From Patescibacteria group bacterium (GTDB lineage: Bacteria > Patescibacteriota > JAHJAL01): a stretch of DNA of 64,000 nt. Where the stretch lies: NCBI GenBank assembly GCA_049322675.1, contig JBMORM010000009.1, positions 291,517 to 355,516 of the forward strand, given 5' to 3'. Shown here piece after piece: positions 45,968 to 56,155 of the stretch. A program made the position numbers and the translations under genes. The notes beneath the pieces were generated by a model that saw nothing but the letters and a program-made list of their open reading frames with translations, was not told the origin of the DNA and did not search any database. Position 1 is the first letter of the stretch. The number at the start of each line of letters is the position of its first letter.

Positions 45968-46078
45968 TTTCCGGTTTCCAATTTCCAAAAAATTTCCAAT
46001 GATTCCCTCGCGGGATCGAGTTGCTGCTGACAATTTTCAATGAAAATCCCGTTTGAAATTGGATATTGAGAATTTCTT
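45968..46078. repeat. TTCCAAT repeat variant with the conserved GC core, copy 2 of 2
   Basis: tttccaatttccaaaaaatttccaatgattCCCTCGCGGGAtcgagtTGCTGCTGACAATTTtcaatGAAAATCCCgTTTGAAATTgg. The matching copy is at 40998-41090. Confidence 0.5.
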
Positions 46079-46101
46079 GAAGAAAATAATAACTAATAGA
46101 A

Positions 46102-47037
46102 ATGAATATTTGCGATCAAAAAATCGTTTTTATGGGAACGCCCGAGTTTGCGGCGGGGATTTTGCAATCTCTGCTGAATAACAATTTTAACGTTGTCGGG
46201 GTGGTGACGGCACCGGATCGGCCAAAGGGGCGGGGACAAAAGATAGCAATGTCCGAAGTAAAGGAATTGGCGTTGAAAAACAAATTAGTTGTTTGGCAAC
46301 CGGATAAAGTTAGATCCGAAGATTTTTTTCAGAAGCTAAAAGATATACTACCGGATTTGATCATAGTGGCCGCATATGGTCAGATAATACCAAAGAAGAT
46401 ATTGGAATTGCCCAAATTTGGGTGCATTAACGTGCATGCTTCCCTGCTCCCAAAATATCGCGGTGCTTCGCCGATTCATTATGTCTTGCTCAATGGCGAA
46501 CAGGAAACCGGGGTTACTATTATGAAGATGGATGAGGGAATGGATACGGGGGAGATAATTTCCAATTTCCAATTTCCAATTTCCAATAAAGACAATCTGA
46601 TTTCTTTATACGAAAGGTTAGCTAAAATAGGAGCGGAATTGTTGGTCAAGACAATACCGGATTATATAGCGGGGAAAATTGAATTGAAAAAGCAGGACAA
46701 TAATCTGGCGAGCTACACGAAGATAATTACCAAGTCTGACGGTAAAATTGATTGGAATATGAAGGGACGAGATATTTTTAATAAAATCAGAGCATTTAAC
46801 CCCTGGCCGGGTACTTTTACCAATTGGCAAGAAAGAAAATTGAAGATTCATTCTGCAAGGTTGACTGAGAGGAAATTTTCACCAGGTGAGGTTATAGTTG
46901 AAGACAAAAAAATTTACGTGGGAACGGACGATTTTGCTCTGGAAATTATAGATTTACAACTTGAGGGAAGAAAAACTGTCTCAGCCGAGAATTTTGTGTT
47001 GGGAAATAAGGAGATAGATAAAGCCAAGTTGTTATAA
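46102..47037 (+). CDS. fmt: Methionyl-tRNA formyltransferase
   Basis: KIVFMGTPEFAAGIL, NVHASLLPKYRGASPI and a C-terminal domain are present. Confidence 0.85.
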   Translation: MNICDQKIVFMGTPEFAAGILQSLLNNNFNVVGVVTAPDRPKGRGQKIAMSEVKELALKNKLVVWQPDKVRSEDFFQKLKDILPDLIIVAAYGQIIPKKILELPKFGCINVHASLLPKYRGASPIHYVLLNGEQETGVTIMKMDEGMDTGEIISNFQFPISNKDNLISLYERLAKIGAELLVKTIPDYIAGKIELKKQDNNLASYTKIITKSDGKIDWNMKGRDIFNKIRAFNPWPGTFTNWQERKLKIHSARLTERKFSPGEVIVEDKKIYVGTDDFALEIIDLQLEGRKTVSAENFVLGNKEIDKAKLL

Positions 47038-47119
47038 ATTGAGTTGATTTGACTATTTTTATCACCTATAATAAGATTTGTGTGAGATTTATATTTGTTT
47101 TTATATCAGAAGAGAAATT

Positions 47120-47470
47120 ATGTTAATGATCAGATTGGCTCGCTTTGGCAAGAAGAAACAACCTTTTTATCGTTTGTCCGTAGCGGAAAGAAGACATAGT
47201 CCAAATGGTAAGAATACTGAGTATATTGGTATTTATAATCCGAAAAGCAAGGAATTGAAAATTGACCAAGAAAGAGCGAAGTACTGGTTAAGCAAAGGTG
47301 CTGGTTGTTCCAGAACTATAGCTATGTTATTTGTCAAAGAGGGGTTATTAAAAAAAGAAGGTTTGCCAGCCAAGTACTTGCATGCCAGAACAAGGAAGAA
47401 AAAGAAACAATCAGAATCGGAGGCAGCGCCACAAGCTGCTGCTAGTCCGGCTGAGCAACCAGCGGCGTAG
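47120..47470 (+). CDS. rpsP: 30S ribosomal protein S16 with a basic/Ala-Pro C-terminal extension
   Basis: MLMIRLARFGKKKQPFYRLSVAERRHSPNGKNTEYIGIYNP. The start is set at an internal ATG, because the track's upstream extension MCEIYICF.. is unlikely to be real. Confidence 0.8.
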   Translation: MLMIRLARFGKKKQPFYRLSVAERRHSPNGKNTEYIGIYNPKSKELKIDQERAKYWLSKGAGCSRTIAMLFVKEGLLKKEGLPAKYLHARTRKKKKQSESEAAPQAAASPAEQPAA

Positions 47471-47484
47471 AGTTGGTACCGAAA

Positions 47485-47513
47485 TTGAATTCAGTCTGAA
47501 TTGTTGTTATAAT
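47485..47513 (+). promoter_or_regulatory. Consensus-like sigma70-type promoter (TTGAAT-17 bp-TATAAT) between rpsP and the KH-domain gene
   Basis: ttgaat tcagtctgaattgttgt tataat. About 110 nt of leader contain an 8-bp stem (ctggtaaa / tttaccag) before a strong SD, GAAGGAG. Confidence 0.5.
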
Positions 47514-47638
47514 ATTTTTGAAGTGTCTTGCAAGCTGGTAAATTTTGTTTTGGTCGATGATAGCAATATATTTTTACCAGTAACTTTGGACACGGTTTTC
47601 TAAATAGTTTATCAGTAAGAAATATTTGAAGGAGTGAA

Positions 47639-47935
47639 ATGGGTGACGAAAAAAGACAAGATCAGGAGTTTATTGAATTCATCGTCAAAGCGATTGTTGA
47701 TATTCCTGATAAAGTAAGAACAGAGAGAATTATCGACGAAAGAGGTGTTTTGATTACTTTGTATGTTGACCCTTCTGATATGGGCAAAGTAATTGGAAAA
47801 GAAGGTCGCACGGCCAAGGCTATTCGAACTTTGTTGAAAGTTTTGGGCGCCAAAAATGAAGCTCGCGTTACTATGAAAATTGTTGAGCCAGAAGGTGGAC
47901 GAGCAGTTGATTTGGGCGGTGACGAGGACCTATAA
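47639..47935 (+). CDS. KH-domain RNA-binding protein (YlqC/UPF0109-like)
   Basis: It has the KH GxxG loop VIGKEGRTAKAIRTLL. The position downstream of rpsP is conserved. Confidence 0.7.
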   Translation: MGDEKRQDQEFIEFIVKAIVDIPDKVRTERIIDERGVLITLYVDPSDMGKVIGKEGRTAKAIRTLLKVLGAKNEARVTMKIVEPEGGRAVDLGGDEDL

Positions 47936-47961
47936 TCTCTAATAAATTGAAAGTAACAAAT

Positions 47962-47991
47962 AATACCTCCGGTTGGGGGTATTATTTTTTT
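47962..47991 (+). terminator. Rho-independent terminator
   Basis: aatacc-tccggttggg-ggtatt is followed by a T-run. Confidence 0.5.
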
Positions 47992-48019
47992 GGATTAATA
48001 AATATAATTAGAATAATAG

Positions 48020-48144
48020 AAATTTTCAATTCTCAATTTCCAATTTCCAAAAAATTTCCAATGATCAATTTCAGATGGATGATCTGCTTGGAAATTGGAA
48101 ATTGAGATTTTTTTGGAAATTGATCATTGGAAATTGGAAATTAA
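48020..48144. repeat. TTCCAAT-rich intergenic palindromic repeat (copy F), ending at the start codon of the next gene
   Basis: A nested perfect inverted repeat (ttccaatgatcaatttc / gaaattgatcattggaa) is present. The element abuts the ATG at 48145. Confidence 0.6.
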
Positions 48145-49134
48145 ATGTTTTTTATGTGGCAGGAAGGATTAAAACTAGCGATGGCTGGATTGATGATAAT
48201 TCTTGATTTGATGGGGATTAATCAGGCGAATCAACAAGTGATTAATGCTACTACAAGGTTGGGTATTGAACAGCCTTATGCAATAAATAATAACGAGGAA
48301 AATGATCTGACAATCGCAACAGTACGATCGGTCGCAACTCCTCAATTGCGTTTGGCTACCAGATACCCCAAGGTGGTTGATTCAATTAGCCAGCCGGTAG
48401 TTGATGCGCAAGCAATCGCAATAATCGATGCCAAAACCGCCACTTTGCTTTATGCCAAAAATGCTGATGAGAAGAGAGCTATTGCTTCGGTAACAAAACT
48501 GATGACGGCTTTGGTAGCACTCGATAATTTAAAAACTAATGACGCGATTGTCGTCCAACCTCAAGATGTGGAAATTGAGCCTACGACAATGAATTTGACG
48601 ATTGGGGAATCGATTACGGTTGGCGATTTGATGCGGGGTTTATTGATAGTCTCGGCCAATGATGCCGCTTTAACGCTAGGACGAGTGGCGGGAGATGGGG
48701 ATTTGGACAATTTTGTGAAAATGATGAATGAGAAAGCAAGTAAGATGGGGTTAAAAAACAGTCATTTTTCCAATCCCCATGGTTTGGATCAGGATGGTTT
48801 ATATTCTTCGGCAAAAGATATGGCTCTGATCGCCAAAAATGCTATCGATAATCCAATAATTGCTGAGATTGTTTCTACAAAGGAAACTACAGTAACTTCA
48901 ATCGATGGGAGTATTTCACACTCTTTGAAAAACACAAATAAATTACTCGATTCTTATCTCAATGTATACGGAGTAAAAACCGGATTTACCGATAACGCGG
49001 GCCAAGTATTAATCACAGCCGCGACAAATAAAGACGGGGACAAAATAATTTGCGTAGTATTGGGCAGTAATGATCGTTTTCAGGACTCAAAAGTACTGAT
49101 TGATTGGACTTTTGGTAATTTTTATTGGGAATAG
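48145..49134 (+). CDS. D-alanyl-D-alanine carboxypeptidase (peptidase S11, PBP5/6-like)
   Basis: The SxxK (ASVTKLM), SxN (SANDAA) and KTG (KTGFT) motifs are present. A signal/TM segment is at the N-terminus. Confidence 0.75.
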   Translation: MFFMWQEGLKLAMAGLMIILDLMGINQANQQVINATTRLGIEQPYAINNNEENDLTIATVRSVATPQLRLATRYPKVVDSISQPVVDAQAIAIIDAKTATLLYAKNADEKRAIASVTKLMTALVALDNLKTNDAIVVQPQDVEIEPTTMNLTIGESITVGDLMRGLLIVSANDAALTLGRVAGDGDLDNFVKMMNEKASKMGLKNSHFSNPHGLDQDGLYSSAKDMALIAKNAIDNPIIAEIVSTKETTVTSIDGSISHSLKNTNKLLDSYLNVYGVKTGFTDNAGQVLITAATNKDGDKIICVVLGSNDRFQDSKVLIDWTFGNFYWE

Positions 49135-49139
49135 CAAAG

Positions 49140-49262
49140 CAATTTTCAATTCTCAATTTCCAAAAAATGTCCAATTTCCAATTTTCAATGAATGCGATCT
49201 GTTTGGAAATTGTGCCTTGGAAATTTTTTGGAAATTGGAAAAAGGAAATTGGAGATTTATTA
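49140..49262. repeat. TTCCAAT-rich intergenic palindromic repeat (copy G)
   Basis: caattttcaattctcaatttccaaaaaatgtccaatttccaattttcaatg ... tttggaaattgtgccttggaaattttttggaaattggaaaaaggaaattgg. Confidence 0.6.
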
Positions 49263-49280
49263 TAAATTATAAATTGAATT

Positions 49281-50219
49281 ATGTTTTACGCAATTACCAT
49301 TGATGGGCCAGCGGGCAGCGGAAAAAGTACCTTGGCCCGAAATTTGGCAAAAGAACTAAAAAGTTTTGCAGTCGTTGATACCGGCGCCTACTATCGTTGG
49401 GCAACGCATTTGGCGCTGGAAGAAAAAGTGGACTTATCCAAACAAAAAGTTTTGATCAAGGCGGTCAAGGAAAAATTGACTTTGGATTTTATGCCCTACA
49501 ATCAGAACAATAAGAAATATACAAAATATGCGGCAAAAGTATTGTTTGAAGGTAAAGACATCAATGAAAAACTTTATACCAAAAAAGTAACGGACAATGT
49601 TTCTATCGTAGCGGTTTATCGGCCGCTCCGGGTAATAATTAAAAACAAGATCAAAGAGTTGGCCAAACAGAAAAATATTATTGTCGCCGGACGAGAAATT
49701 GGCACTTATGTTTTGCCAAAGGCGCAAATCAAGTTTTTTATCGAACCACAGATTGATGTCAGAGTTCGACGGCGCTATAAAGATTATGTTAAAGAAGGAC
49801 GCGCAGTCTCATTGAAAGAGTTGAGAGAAAATATTGAAAAACGCGATTATTTGGACAAAAATCGGGAATACAATCCTTTGGCAAAACCTGATGATGCTTT
49901 TGACATAGATAACACCAATTTGTTGCCATCACAGACTTTGAAAGAGGCACTGGACTATATTTACAGAAAAGAGCCGGAGATTAAAAAAATTAAAGATCAG
50001 ACGGTAAAAGAATTGAAAACAGAGGCGCCAAAAGCGACAGCTAGCAATTGTAATGGCAGCAGTTTTCAATCTCCCCTACTGGGATTTGATACTTCGCCTG
50101 TTTCTGCACCTTCTTCAACTTCGACAGTTAAGAGCGAATCAATTAAGGAATTGAAAAAGAGGTTGAAAGCAAAATACAAATCAGATCAATCCGGCGGGAG
50201 TTTTTGGCAGAAACGTTAG
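49281..50219 (+). CDS. cmk: Cytidylate kinase with a C-terminal extension
   Basis: AITIDGPAGSGKSTLARNLA is the P-loop. The core is cmk-like, followed by an unassigned tail of about 90 aa. Confidence 0.75.
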   Translation: MFYAITIDGPAGSGKSTLARNLAKELKSFAVVDTGAYYRWATHLALEEKVDLSKQKVLIKAVKEKLTLDFMPYNQNNKKYTKYAAKVLFEGKDINEKLYTKKVTDNVSIVAVYRPLRVIIKNKIKELAKQKNIIVAGREIGTYVLPKAQIKFFIEPQIDVRVRRRYKDYVKEGRAVSLKELRENIEKRDYLDKNREYNPLAKPDDAFDIDNTNLLPSQTLKEALDYIYRKEPEIKKIKDQTVKELKTEAPKATASNCNGSSFQSPLLGFDTSPVSAPSSTSTVKSESIKELKKRLKAKYKSDQSGGSFWQKR

Positions 50220-50253
50220 AATATATATTTCCAATTTATTGTTTTCAATGTCG

Positions 50254-50279
50254 GGCGGGTTTAAAACCCGCCCCTACGT
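50254..50279. repeat. GC-rich hairpin GGGCGGG-tttaaaa-CCCGCCC followed by CTACG, the same family as the hairpins inside trmD
   Basis: The shared 3' end is CGCCCCTACG. The element is very GC-rich relative to its surroundings. Confidence 0.5.
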
Positions 50280-50303
50280 TATGTCAAAAGACCACAAAAA
50301 AAC

Positions 50304-50335
50304 TCCCGGCATATACGTTTGGACGGGAGTTTTGC
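50304..50335. terminator. Bidirectional hairpin terminator AAAAAAACTCCCG..CGGGAGTTTT, copy 1
   Basis: The stem pairs CTCCCG with CGGGAG and has A- and T-runs on either side. A near-identical copy lies at 51345-51392. Confidence 0.5.
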
Positions 50336-50360
50336 TTTGATTATGAAAAAATTGAAGACT

Positions 50361-51266
50361 TTACTTTTCATAATGATGCAGTTTGTTATATATACTACTT
50401 TCTTTGTTTCTAAAAAATCCTTTTTGATTATCAGGTAATAGATCGGCGATTTTTTGACCAACCATATTTGCTTGTTCTCTCAGTTGTTTTATCACTTCAC
50501 GAAAATCGTCTCTTTCCTTTTGGGTTATTTTCTTTCCTTCTGATCTTTTGTAGAAAACCTCTTCGATGATATTTATTTTCGCAATTTTTTCGAGGGTTAT
50601 CGGTTGGCCGATATGAAAGATTGCTTTTCCATTGGCTTTACCCAATATACCTTTGGCAATATTGACTAGACCTTCCAAACTAATTGAGTTGCCGACAATT
50701 TCTAGGGCGGTCGGAATAATTTTTGTACCAGTTTTTTGGGCTAAATATATTGCTCCGATTTTTGGTTCTTTCATCTCTCCATCTTCATTGAAAGCATGAA
50801 TGGCTATCCATGGAGTTTTGCCGATTTTGATTCTTTCAAATATAGTCTCAAAATTTTTTGGATTAAACACTCCCGATTTTCCTTTGTTGGTTTTGTGATA
50901 ATCGAGGGGGATAAAGTTTTCTTCACCGCCAGTCCGAAATAACAACATACGCTGGGGGGCAAAACGGCGAAACGAAGATGATTCTGCGGTAATCTGCATG
51001 TCGAAAATATCTCCCAATGATTTAATGGCAGCAGGGGCGTCCAGATTGGAAAAATGTGAAGAAGCGATGACATATTTGTTCTCTGGATGTTTTTCTATTT
51101 CTTCTTTAATATTCTCCCTTCCCTCTACTTTAAATTCATTACAAAATTGATTTATCAGCAAATCACCCAGAGACCGCAATCTAAAATCGGTAGTCTTGCG
51201 GTTTTCTTCCACTTTGACGGTTTTGTCCTGGTTTTTAGAATAAAATTCTCTAATCTTACCTAGCAT
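50361..51266 (-). CDS. Lysophospholipid (1-acyl-sn-glycerol-3-phosphate) acyltransferase-family protein
   Basis: The HxxxxD acyltransferase motif (ASSHFSNLDAPA) is present. Confidence 0.6.
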   Translation of the reverse strand: MLGKIREFYSKNQDKTVKVEENRKTTDFRLRSLGDLLINQFCNEFKVEGRENIKEEIEKHPENKYVIASSHFSNLDAPAAIKSLGDIFDMQITAESSSFRRFAPQRMLLFRTGGEENFIPLDYHKTNKGKSGVFNPKNFETIFERIKIGKTPWIAIHAFNEDGEMKEPKIGAIYLAQKTGTKIIPTALEIVGNSISLEGLVNIAKGILGKANGKAIFHIGQPITLEKIAKINIIEEVFYKRSEGKKITQKERDDFREVIKQLREQANMVGQKIADLLPDNQKGFFRNKESSIYNKLHHYEK

Positions 51267-51344
51267 TGAATTTTTTATTAATTTAATTTTAAATCTGATT
51301 ATTGTAGCATAATTTCTTGATTATTTCCAGATATAAATTGGCAT

Positions 51345-51392
51345 AAAAAAACTCCCGGCATATGCGTCGGCGGACACGTAGATGGCGGGAGT
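51345..51392. terminator. Hairpin terminator, copy 2 (AAAAAAACTCCCGGCATATGCG...GGGAGTAAAAAAG)
   Basis: The stem is the same as at 50304. The loop contains CGGCGGACACG. On the minus strand it is followed by a T-run, directly after the stop at 51400. Confidence 0.5.
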
Positions 51393-51399
51393 AAAAAAG

Positions 51400-52176
51400 T
51401 TAGTTTTTGTTTTGATTTTGATTTTTTCCACACCCTACCCCAGGGTCTGGCAAGGTGTGAAAAATGCCGGCGGAGGACCGATCGTCCTCCTTTCTCATCC
51501 GCCAATACCATTTATGGTAATAGGGTGAGAAAAATATTGTTATTACCGTAAATAAAAACAGTAACAATAATAAAAGAAGGTGATCGGTTAAAACATTAAA
51601 ATTACTTGCCACCCAGCCGGCGAGGGCGGCGAAGAGAATGGAAATTCCCCAAGAAATGAAATAATCTAGTGGCAATCCCCCTACCCACGGGGACTTTGAA
51701 TGCCACCAGATATTTTGTGGTTTAAATTTTTCCCACTTATAATGGGGATTTAATATAAACCATAAAAAGTCCCAAAGGCACATGGCGACAAAGTACATGG
51801 CCAATGAGACTAATTCCCCTTTCAAACTCCATGCCAACCCCATGAAAAATTGGACATGGAATATCAAAAGAGGAAAAATGAACATAAAGGAGTGATAACC
51901 TGTCAGTGGTCTCCCTCCTAAAATTTTCATATAAATCTTTGCGGCCAGGCCCCTGGTACGATACCAGGTTGGCATCTTTTCGGCCCAACCGCACTTTCCC
52001 TCGGCCTCGACTTCTATGCCGGCGAGGACGAGGCAAAAAAGAAAAAAGAAGCCGGCTTTTAATAATAAAAAGGAGAAATGCAACATGCAAATCCCCTCCT
52101 TTCTTGAAAAAATTCGTTGCGACAAGAAAGACATGCAAAAAATATTATTACTAGCTGAAAAAATATTTCTTGCCAC
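51400..52176 (-). CDS. Hypothetical polytopic membrane protein (start uncertain)
   Basis: Several TM helices are present (..FFFLFCLVLAGI.., ..FIFPLLIFHVQFFMGLAW.., ..ISILFAALAGWVA..). Confidence 0.4.
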   Translation of the reverse strand: MARNIFSASNNIFCMSFLSQRIFSRKEGICMLHFSFLLLKAGFFFLFCLVLAGIEVEAEGKCGWAEKMPTWYRTRGLAAKIYMKILGGRPLTGYHSFMFIFPLLIFHVQFFMGLAWSLKGELVSLAMYFVAMCLWDFLWFILNPHYKWEKFKPQNIWWHSKSPWVGGLPLDYFISWGISILFAALAGWVASNFNVLTDHLLLLLLLFLFTVITIFFSPYYHKWYWRMRKEDDRSSAGIFHTLPDPGVGCGKNQNQNKN

Positions 52177-52291
52177 AACTTTTTAATGAACAAAAGTGGC
52201 TTTATTGTAGGGCTTTTTCGGTTAATTTGCTAGGGATTCATATTTTGTGAATATGGGAGAAAAATAGTATTATATAAGATAGTGGTTAGCG

Positions 52292-52404
52292 TAAATTTCC
52301 AATTTCCAAGGCTCAATTTCCAAAAAATTTCCAATAGTCAATTTCCAAATGATATAATTCATTGAAAATTGGACATTTTTTGGAAACTGGAAATTGGAAA
52401 TTTA
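52292..52404. repeat. TTCCAAT-rich intergenic palindromic repeat (copy H), just upstream of secA
   Basis: gtaaatttccaatttccaaggctcaatttccaaaaaatttccaatagtcaatttccaaatg ... attggacattttttggaaactggaaattggaaattt. Confidence 0.6.
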
Positions 52405-52427
52405 ATTTTTAATTATTAATTTTAAAT

Positions 52428-55130
52428 ATGAATATTATAAACTGGATATTTGGCGATCCTAATGTGAAGGAGATCAAGAAGCTGCAACCGTTGGTTGATA
52501 AGATTAATGGCTGGGAGGCCGAAATAAGTGGGTTGTCAGATGATGAATTGAAGGGAAAGACTGATTATTTCAAGAAAATTATTGCCGAGAGGTTGGTCAA
52601 AGGTGAGGAGCAGGAAAAAATATTGAATGATCTGTTGCCGGAAGCTTATGCGGTGGTGCGAGAAGCGAGTAAGCGAACGATTGGTTTGCGACATTTTAAT
52701 GTCCAGATGATTGGCGGTATTGTTTTACACCAAGGAAAGATTTCGGAAATGAAAACCGGAGAAGGCAAAACTTTGGTGGCTACTCTTCCTTTATACCTCA
52801 ATGCTTTGACCGGTAAAGGTTGCCATCTGGTGACGGTCAATGATTATCTGGCCAAACGTGACGCGGACTGGATGGGTGAGGTTTTTTACTTTTTGGGACT
52901 AAGCACAGGGGTAATAGTTCATGATCAGTCTTTTATCTTTGATCCGGGGGCGGTTAGAGAAGAAGAAGAAACAGTGGAAACCAAGGGAAAACAGTTGAAA
53001 TTCAGATTAAAGCAAGTCACGCGAAAAGATGCTTACAATGCCGATATTACCTATGGAACGAATAATGAATATGGTTTTGATTATTTGCGTGACAATATGG
53101 TGATTGAATTGTCGCAAATGGTCCAACGGGAGTTGAATTATGCGATCGTGGACGAAGTTGATAATATTTTGATTGACGAAGCGAGAACGCCACTGATTAT
53201 TTCCGGACCGGCGGAAGAATCAAACGAGATGTATCAACAATTTGCCAGTCTGGTGACAAAATTGAATGAAAACACTGATTACAATGTGGATGAGAAAATG
53301 CGAGCCGTGTCTTTGACGGAAGAAGGGATTAGTCATGTGGAAAATTTGTTGGGCGTCAAAAATGTTTATGAAGAAAAAGGGATAAAAACAGTTCATCACC
53401 TGGAGGAAGCTTTGAAGGCGCAGATTTTGTTTAAAGTTGATAAAGATTATGTTGTAAAAAATGGGGAAATAATCATCGTTGATGAATTTACCGGACGTCT
53501 GATGCCTGGTCGTCGTTATTCTCGCGGTTTGCACCAAGCGATCGAGGCCAAGGAGGGAGTGGAAATCAAACGGGAAAGTAAAACTATCGCCACTATTACT
53601 TTTCAAAATTATTTTAGGATTTACAAGAAATTGGCGGGCATGACCGGAACGGCCGTGACAGAGGCGGAAGAGTTGGCGGCGATTTATAAATTGGATGTAA
53701 TACTGATTCCAACCAATAAAGAGGTTGTCAGGAAAGATCTGAATGATTTGATTTATAAAACTGAAGAAGGAAAGTTTAACGCGGTGGCGGCGGATATTAA
53801 GGAAAAAAATTCCAAAGGGCAACCAGTATTGGTAGGTACAATATCGGTAGAAAAATCGGAAACTTTGAGTGATTTGTTGACCAGACAAGGAATCCAACAC
53901 AACGTATTGAACGCCAAGAATCATGAAAGAGAGTCAGATATCGTGGCATTGGCCGGACAAAAAGGGGCAGTGACTATTGCCACCAATATGGCCGGTCGCG
54001 GTACGGATATAAAATTGGGCGAAGGGGTGGAAGATTTGGGCGGGTTACATATTATTGGTACGGAAAGGCACGAATCAAGACGAATCGATAACCAGTTGCG
54101 AGGTCGTAGTGGACGTCAAGGAGATCCGGGATCTAGTCAATTTTACACTTCATTGGAAGATGATTTGATGCGAATTTTTGGGTCGGACAAGATTAAGGGA
54201 TTGATGGAAAAGTTTGGCTTTCCCGAAGATCAGCCGATAGAACACAAGTGGATTACTTCTTCGATTGAAGGCGCGCAAAAGAAGGTGGAAGGCTACAACT
54301 TTGATATTCGAAAAAGCGTAGTTGATTATGACGACGTAATGAATAAACATCGCACCGCAATATACAAAAAAAGACGGATGATTTTGGAAAATGCCAATTT
54401 GAAAGAAGAAATGCAGAAAATAATTCGTCAGGATATAGAAAGTATTGTTAATACTCATACTTCGGGAATTCAGGCGGAATGGAATTTGAAAGAGATAAAT
54501 GAAAATTTTAAAACGATTGTGGGTGCATATTTCGTCCCACAGGATTTGAGCAAATTTGATAACCCCCAAGGAATTATTGATCACCTGTATGAACAGGCGA
54601 TCCTTTATTATGACCACAAAGAAAAAGAACTGACACCGGAGGTGATGCGAAGATTGGAAAAATTGGTGATGCTGAGAATCATAGATAATTTGTGGCAAGA
54701 CCATTTGGATGAAATGGATTATTTGCGAACAGGGGTGGGTTTGCGGGGATATGGACAGAGAGACCCATTAATAGAATACAAAGAAGAAGCATATAAGCTT
54801 TATCAACAATTGTTGTTTCAAATCAATGATCAGATATCAAAAACAATCTATAAAGTGACAATTTTGCAAGCCCCTACCCAACCGGTAAAAGGTCAGGAAA
54901 TAAAAAGAGAGGCAGCGCCTATAACACCGGGCAATAGTCAAAATAGCGGTACTGAGGGAAATGTGCGAACTTATTCTCGATCAGGAAGCAGCGCTTCTTT
55001 GCCCCAGCAAACTAAAGCCAACCCAACCGGAAAAGCGGCAACCGTCACACGCAGCCAACCAAAAGTCGGGCGCAATGATCCTTGTCCTTGTGGGAGCGGG
55101 AAGAAGTATAAAAAATGCCATGGAGTCTAA
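52428..55130 (+). CDS. secA: Preprotein translocase ATPase SecA
   Basis: Both DEAD motor domains are present, and the protein is 900 aa. The C-terminus has the zinc-binding motif [14 protein letters not shown]. Confidence 0.9.
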   Translation: MNIINWIFGDPNVKEIKKLQPLVDKINGWEAEISGLSDDELKGKTDYFKKIIAERLVKGEEQEKILNDLLPEAYAVVREASKRTIGLRHFNVQMIGGIVLHQGKISEMKTGEGKTLVATLPLYLNALTGKGCHLVTVNDYLAKRDADWMGEVFYFLGLSTGVIVHDQSFIFDPGAVREEEETVETKGKQLKFRLKQVTRKDAYNADITYGTNNEYGFDYLRDNMVIELSQMVQRELNYAIVDEVDNILIDEARTPLIISGPAEESNEMYQQFASLVTKLNENTDYNVDEKMRAVSLTEEGISHVENLLGVKNVYEEKGIKTVHHLEEALKAQILFKVDKDYVVKNGEIIIVDEFTGRLMPGRRYSRGLHQAIEAKEGVEIKRESKTIATITFQNYFRIYKKLAGMTGTAVTEAEELAAIYKLDVILIPTNKEVVRKDLNDLIYKTEEGKFNAVAADIKEKNSKGQPVLVGTISVEKSETLSDLLTRQGIQHNVLNAKNHERESDIVALAGQKGAVTIATNMAGRGTDIKLGEGVEDLGGLHIIGTERHESRRIDNQLRGRSGRQGDPGSSQFYTSLEDDLMRIFGSDKIKGLMEKFGFPEDQPIEHKWITSSIEGAQKKVEGYNFDIRKSVVDYDDVMNKHRTAIYKKRRMILENANLKEEMQKIIRQDIESIVNTHTSGIQAEWNLKEINENFKTIVGAYFVPQDLSKFDNPQGIIDHLYEQAILYYDHKEKELTPEVMRRLEKLVMLRIIDNLWQDHLDEMDYLRTGVGLRGYGQRDPLIEYKEEAYKLYQQLLFQINDQISKTIYKVTILQAPTQPVKGQEIKREAAPITPGNSQNSGTEGNVRTYSRSGSSASLPQQTKANPTGKAATVTRSQPKVGRNDPCPCGSGKKYKKCHGV

Positions 55131-56095
55131 AGATGGGAAAGTGGGTATTGATTTTCTGCTTTTTGCTTTTATTGTTTGTTCCTTTGAAATTTATCGGTTT
55201 TCTGCCGGTGAGTTCAGTAAATTTTTTAGTGGAATTTCAAGGCAAACAATATAATGGAGCGGATATAAAAATTTTATCCTGTCAAAAGAATTTTTCTGAG
55301 AGTTTGGAGGCTAACACAAAACAGTACGTCTCTGAAACAAAAGATGTAATTAATAATTGTTATTGGTATGTGGACAATATAAAATCCGACGACTACGCAA
55401 TTTACAAAATGCTAAATCAGATGACACGTCCGTGTTCGGTAGCGGTGAATGGAGTTTGTAAAACAAATGCTGTTATTGGGAGTTTTGAGAGATATCACCA
55501 GACTTATTTTGTCCCAGATAAATACAGAATTCACGTTGTGGACTACACAAATGACATTCATTGGACTTCGGAGCCGATTATCAAAAAGACGGTAAATGAG
55601 CAGATACTGGTCAAAATGTCAGATACAAAAAATATTCAGCTGGTAAATAGCGAGAGTTTTTATGGCGGGTTGTATATTGGTAATTTTTTCTTTGGAATAT
55701 TAATCTTATTGATAGCAAAAATAATAATTATTCTCTATTTTTCATCAAAATATCATCCGTTGAATAAAATAAATCCGGAAGACAGGTTGGATCAAATTGG
55801 CTTGAAAATTGATATTGAAGAAAATAATAATCGAAAAATTGGTTTAATTTTGACCACTTTGGTTTTGGGAATACTGTTTATGGGGATTTATTGGTTTGTT
55901 TTACCAGTAATGCTTCACCCCAAGTTTTTTGTTTTGGTTTTCGTTTTTGGTACCTTTCTGTTTGAAATACCGCTTTTATATTTTTTTAACAGAAAAAGAA
56001 TATCTTGGTGGCAGGCGTTGGAATTGGTTTTGTTGCCATATATTTTATTAACCGTAATTGGCTTTGTTCCATATAGTCGCTGGAGACACTATTGA
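55115..56095 (+). CDS. Hypothetical membrane protein
   Basis: An N-terminal TM helix is followed by about 200 soluble aa and then about 4 C-terminal TM helices. Confidence 0.4.
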   Translation: MPWSLKMGKWVLIFCFLLLLFVPLKFIGFLPVSSVNFLVEFQGKQYNGADIKILSCQKNFSESLEANTKQYVSETKDVINNCYWYVDNIKSDDYAIYKMLNQMTRPCSVAVNGVCKTNAVIGSFERYHQTYFVPDKYRIHVVDYTNDIHWTSEPIIKKTVNEQILVKMSDTKNIQLVNSESFYGGLYIGNFFFGILILLIAKIIIILYFSSKYHPLNKINPEDRLDQIGLKIDIEENNNRKIGLILTTLVLGILFMGIYWFVLPVMLHPKFFVLVFVFGTFLFEIPLLYFFNRKRISWWQALELVLLPYILLTVIGFVPYSRWRHY

Positions 56096-56155
56096 TAATC
56101 AGGCCCTAAATCTATTTTTGGACGCGGTTTTGGAAAAAGTTAATTTTGGTGGAGA

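Noticed and set aside
46555-46585. atttccaatttccaatttccaat tandem inside fmt that looks like the intergenic repeat
   Set aside because: The encoded segment (IISNFQFPISNK) has the same length as the corresponding E. coli Fmt region, so there is no insertion. It is probably a chance resemblance or partial conversion, not a mobile element within the gene.
51465-51490. GC palindrome ggaggaccgatcgtcctcc inside the 3' end of the 51400..52176 ORF
   Set aside because: It might indicate the true gene ends earlier, but no alternative stop lies in frame upstream. It is left as part of the CDS with the start and end uncertainty noted.
14800-52404. TTCCAAT repeat copies as a possible CRISPR array
   Set aside because: The copies are dispersed single palindromes in different intergenic regions. 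They are not a tandem array of identical direct repeats with unique spacers, and there are no cas genes.
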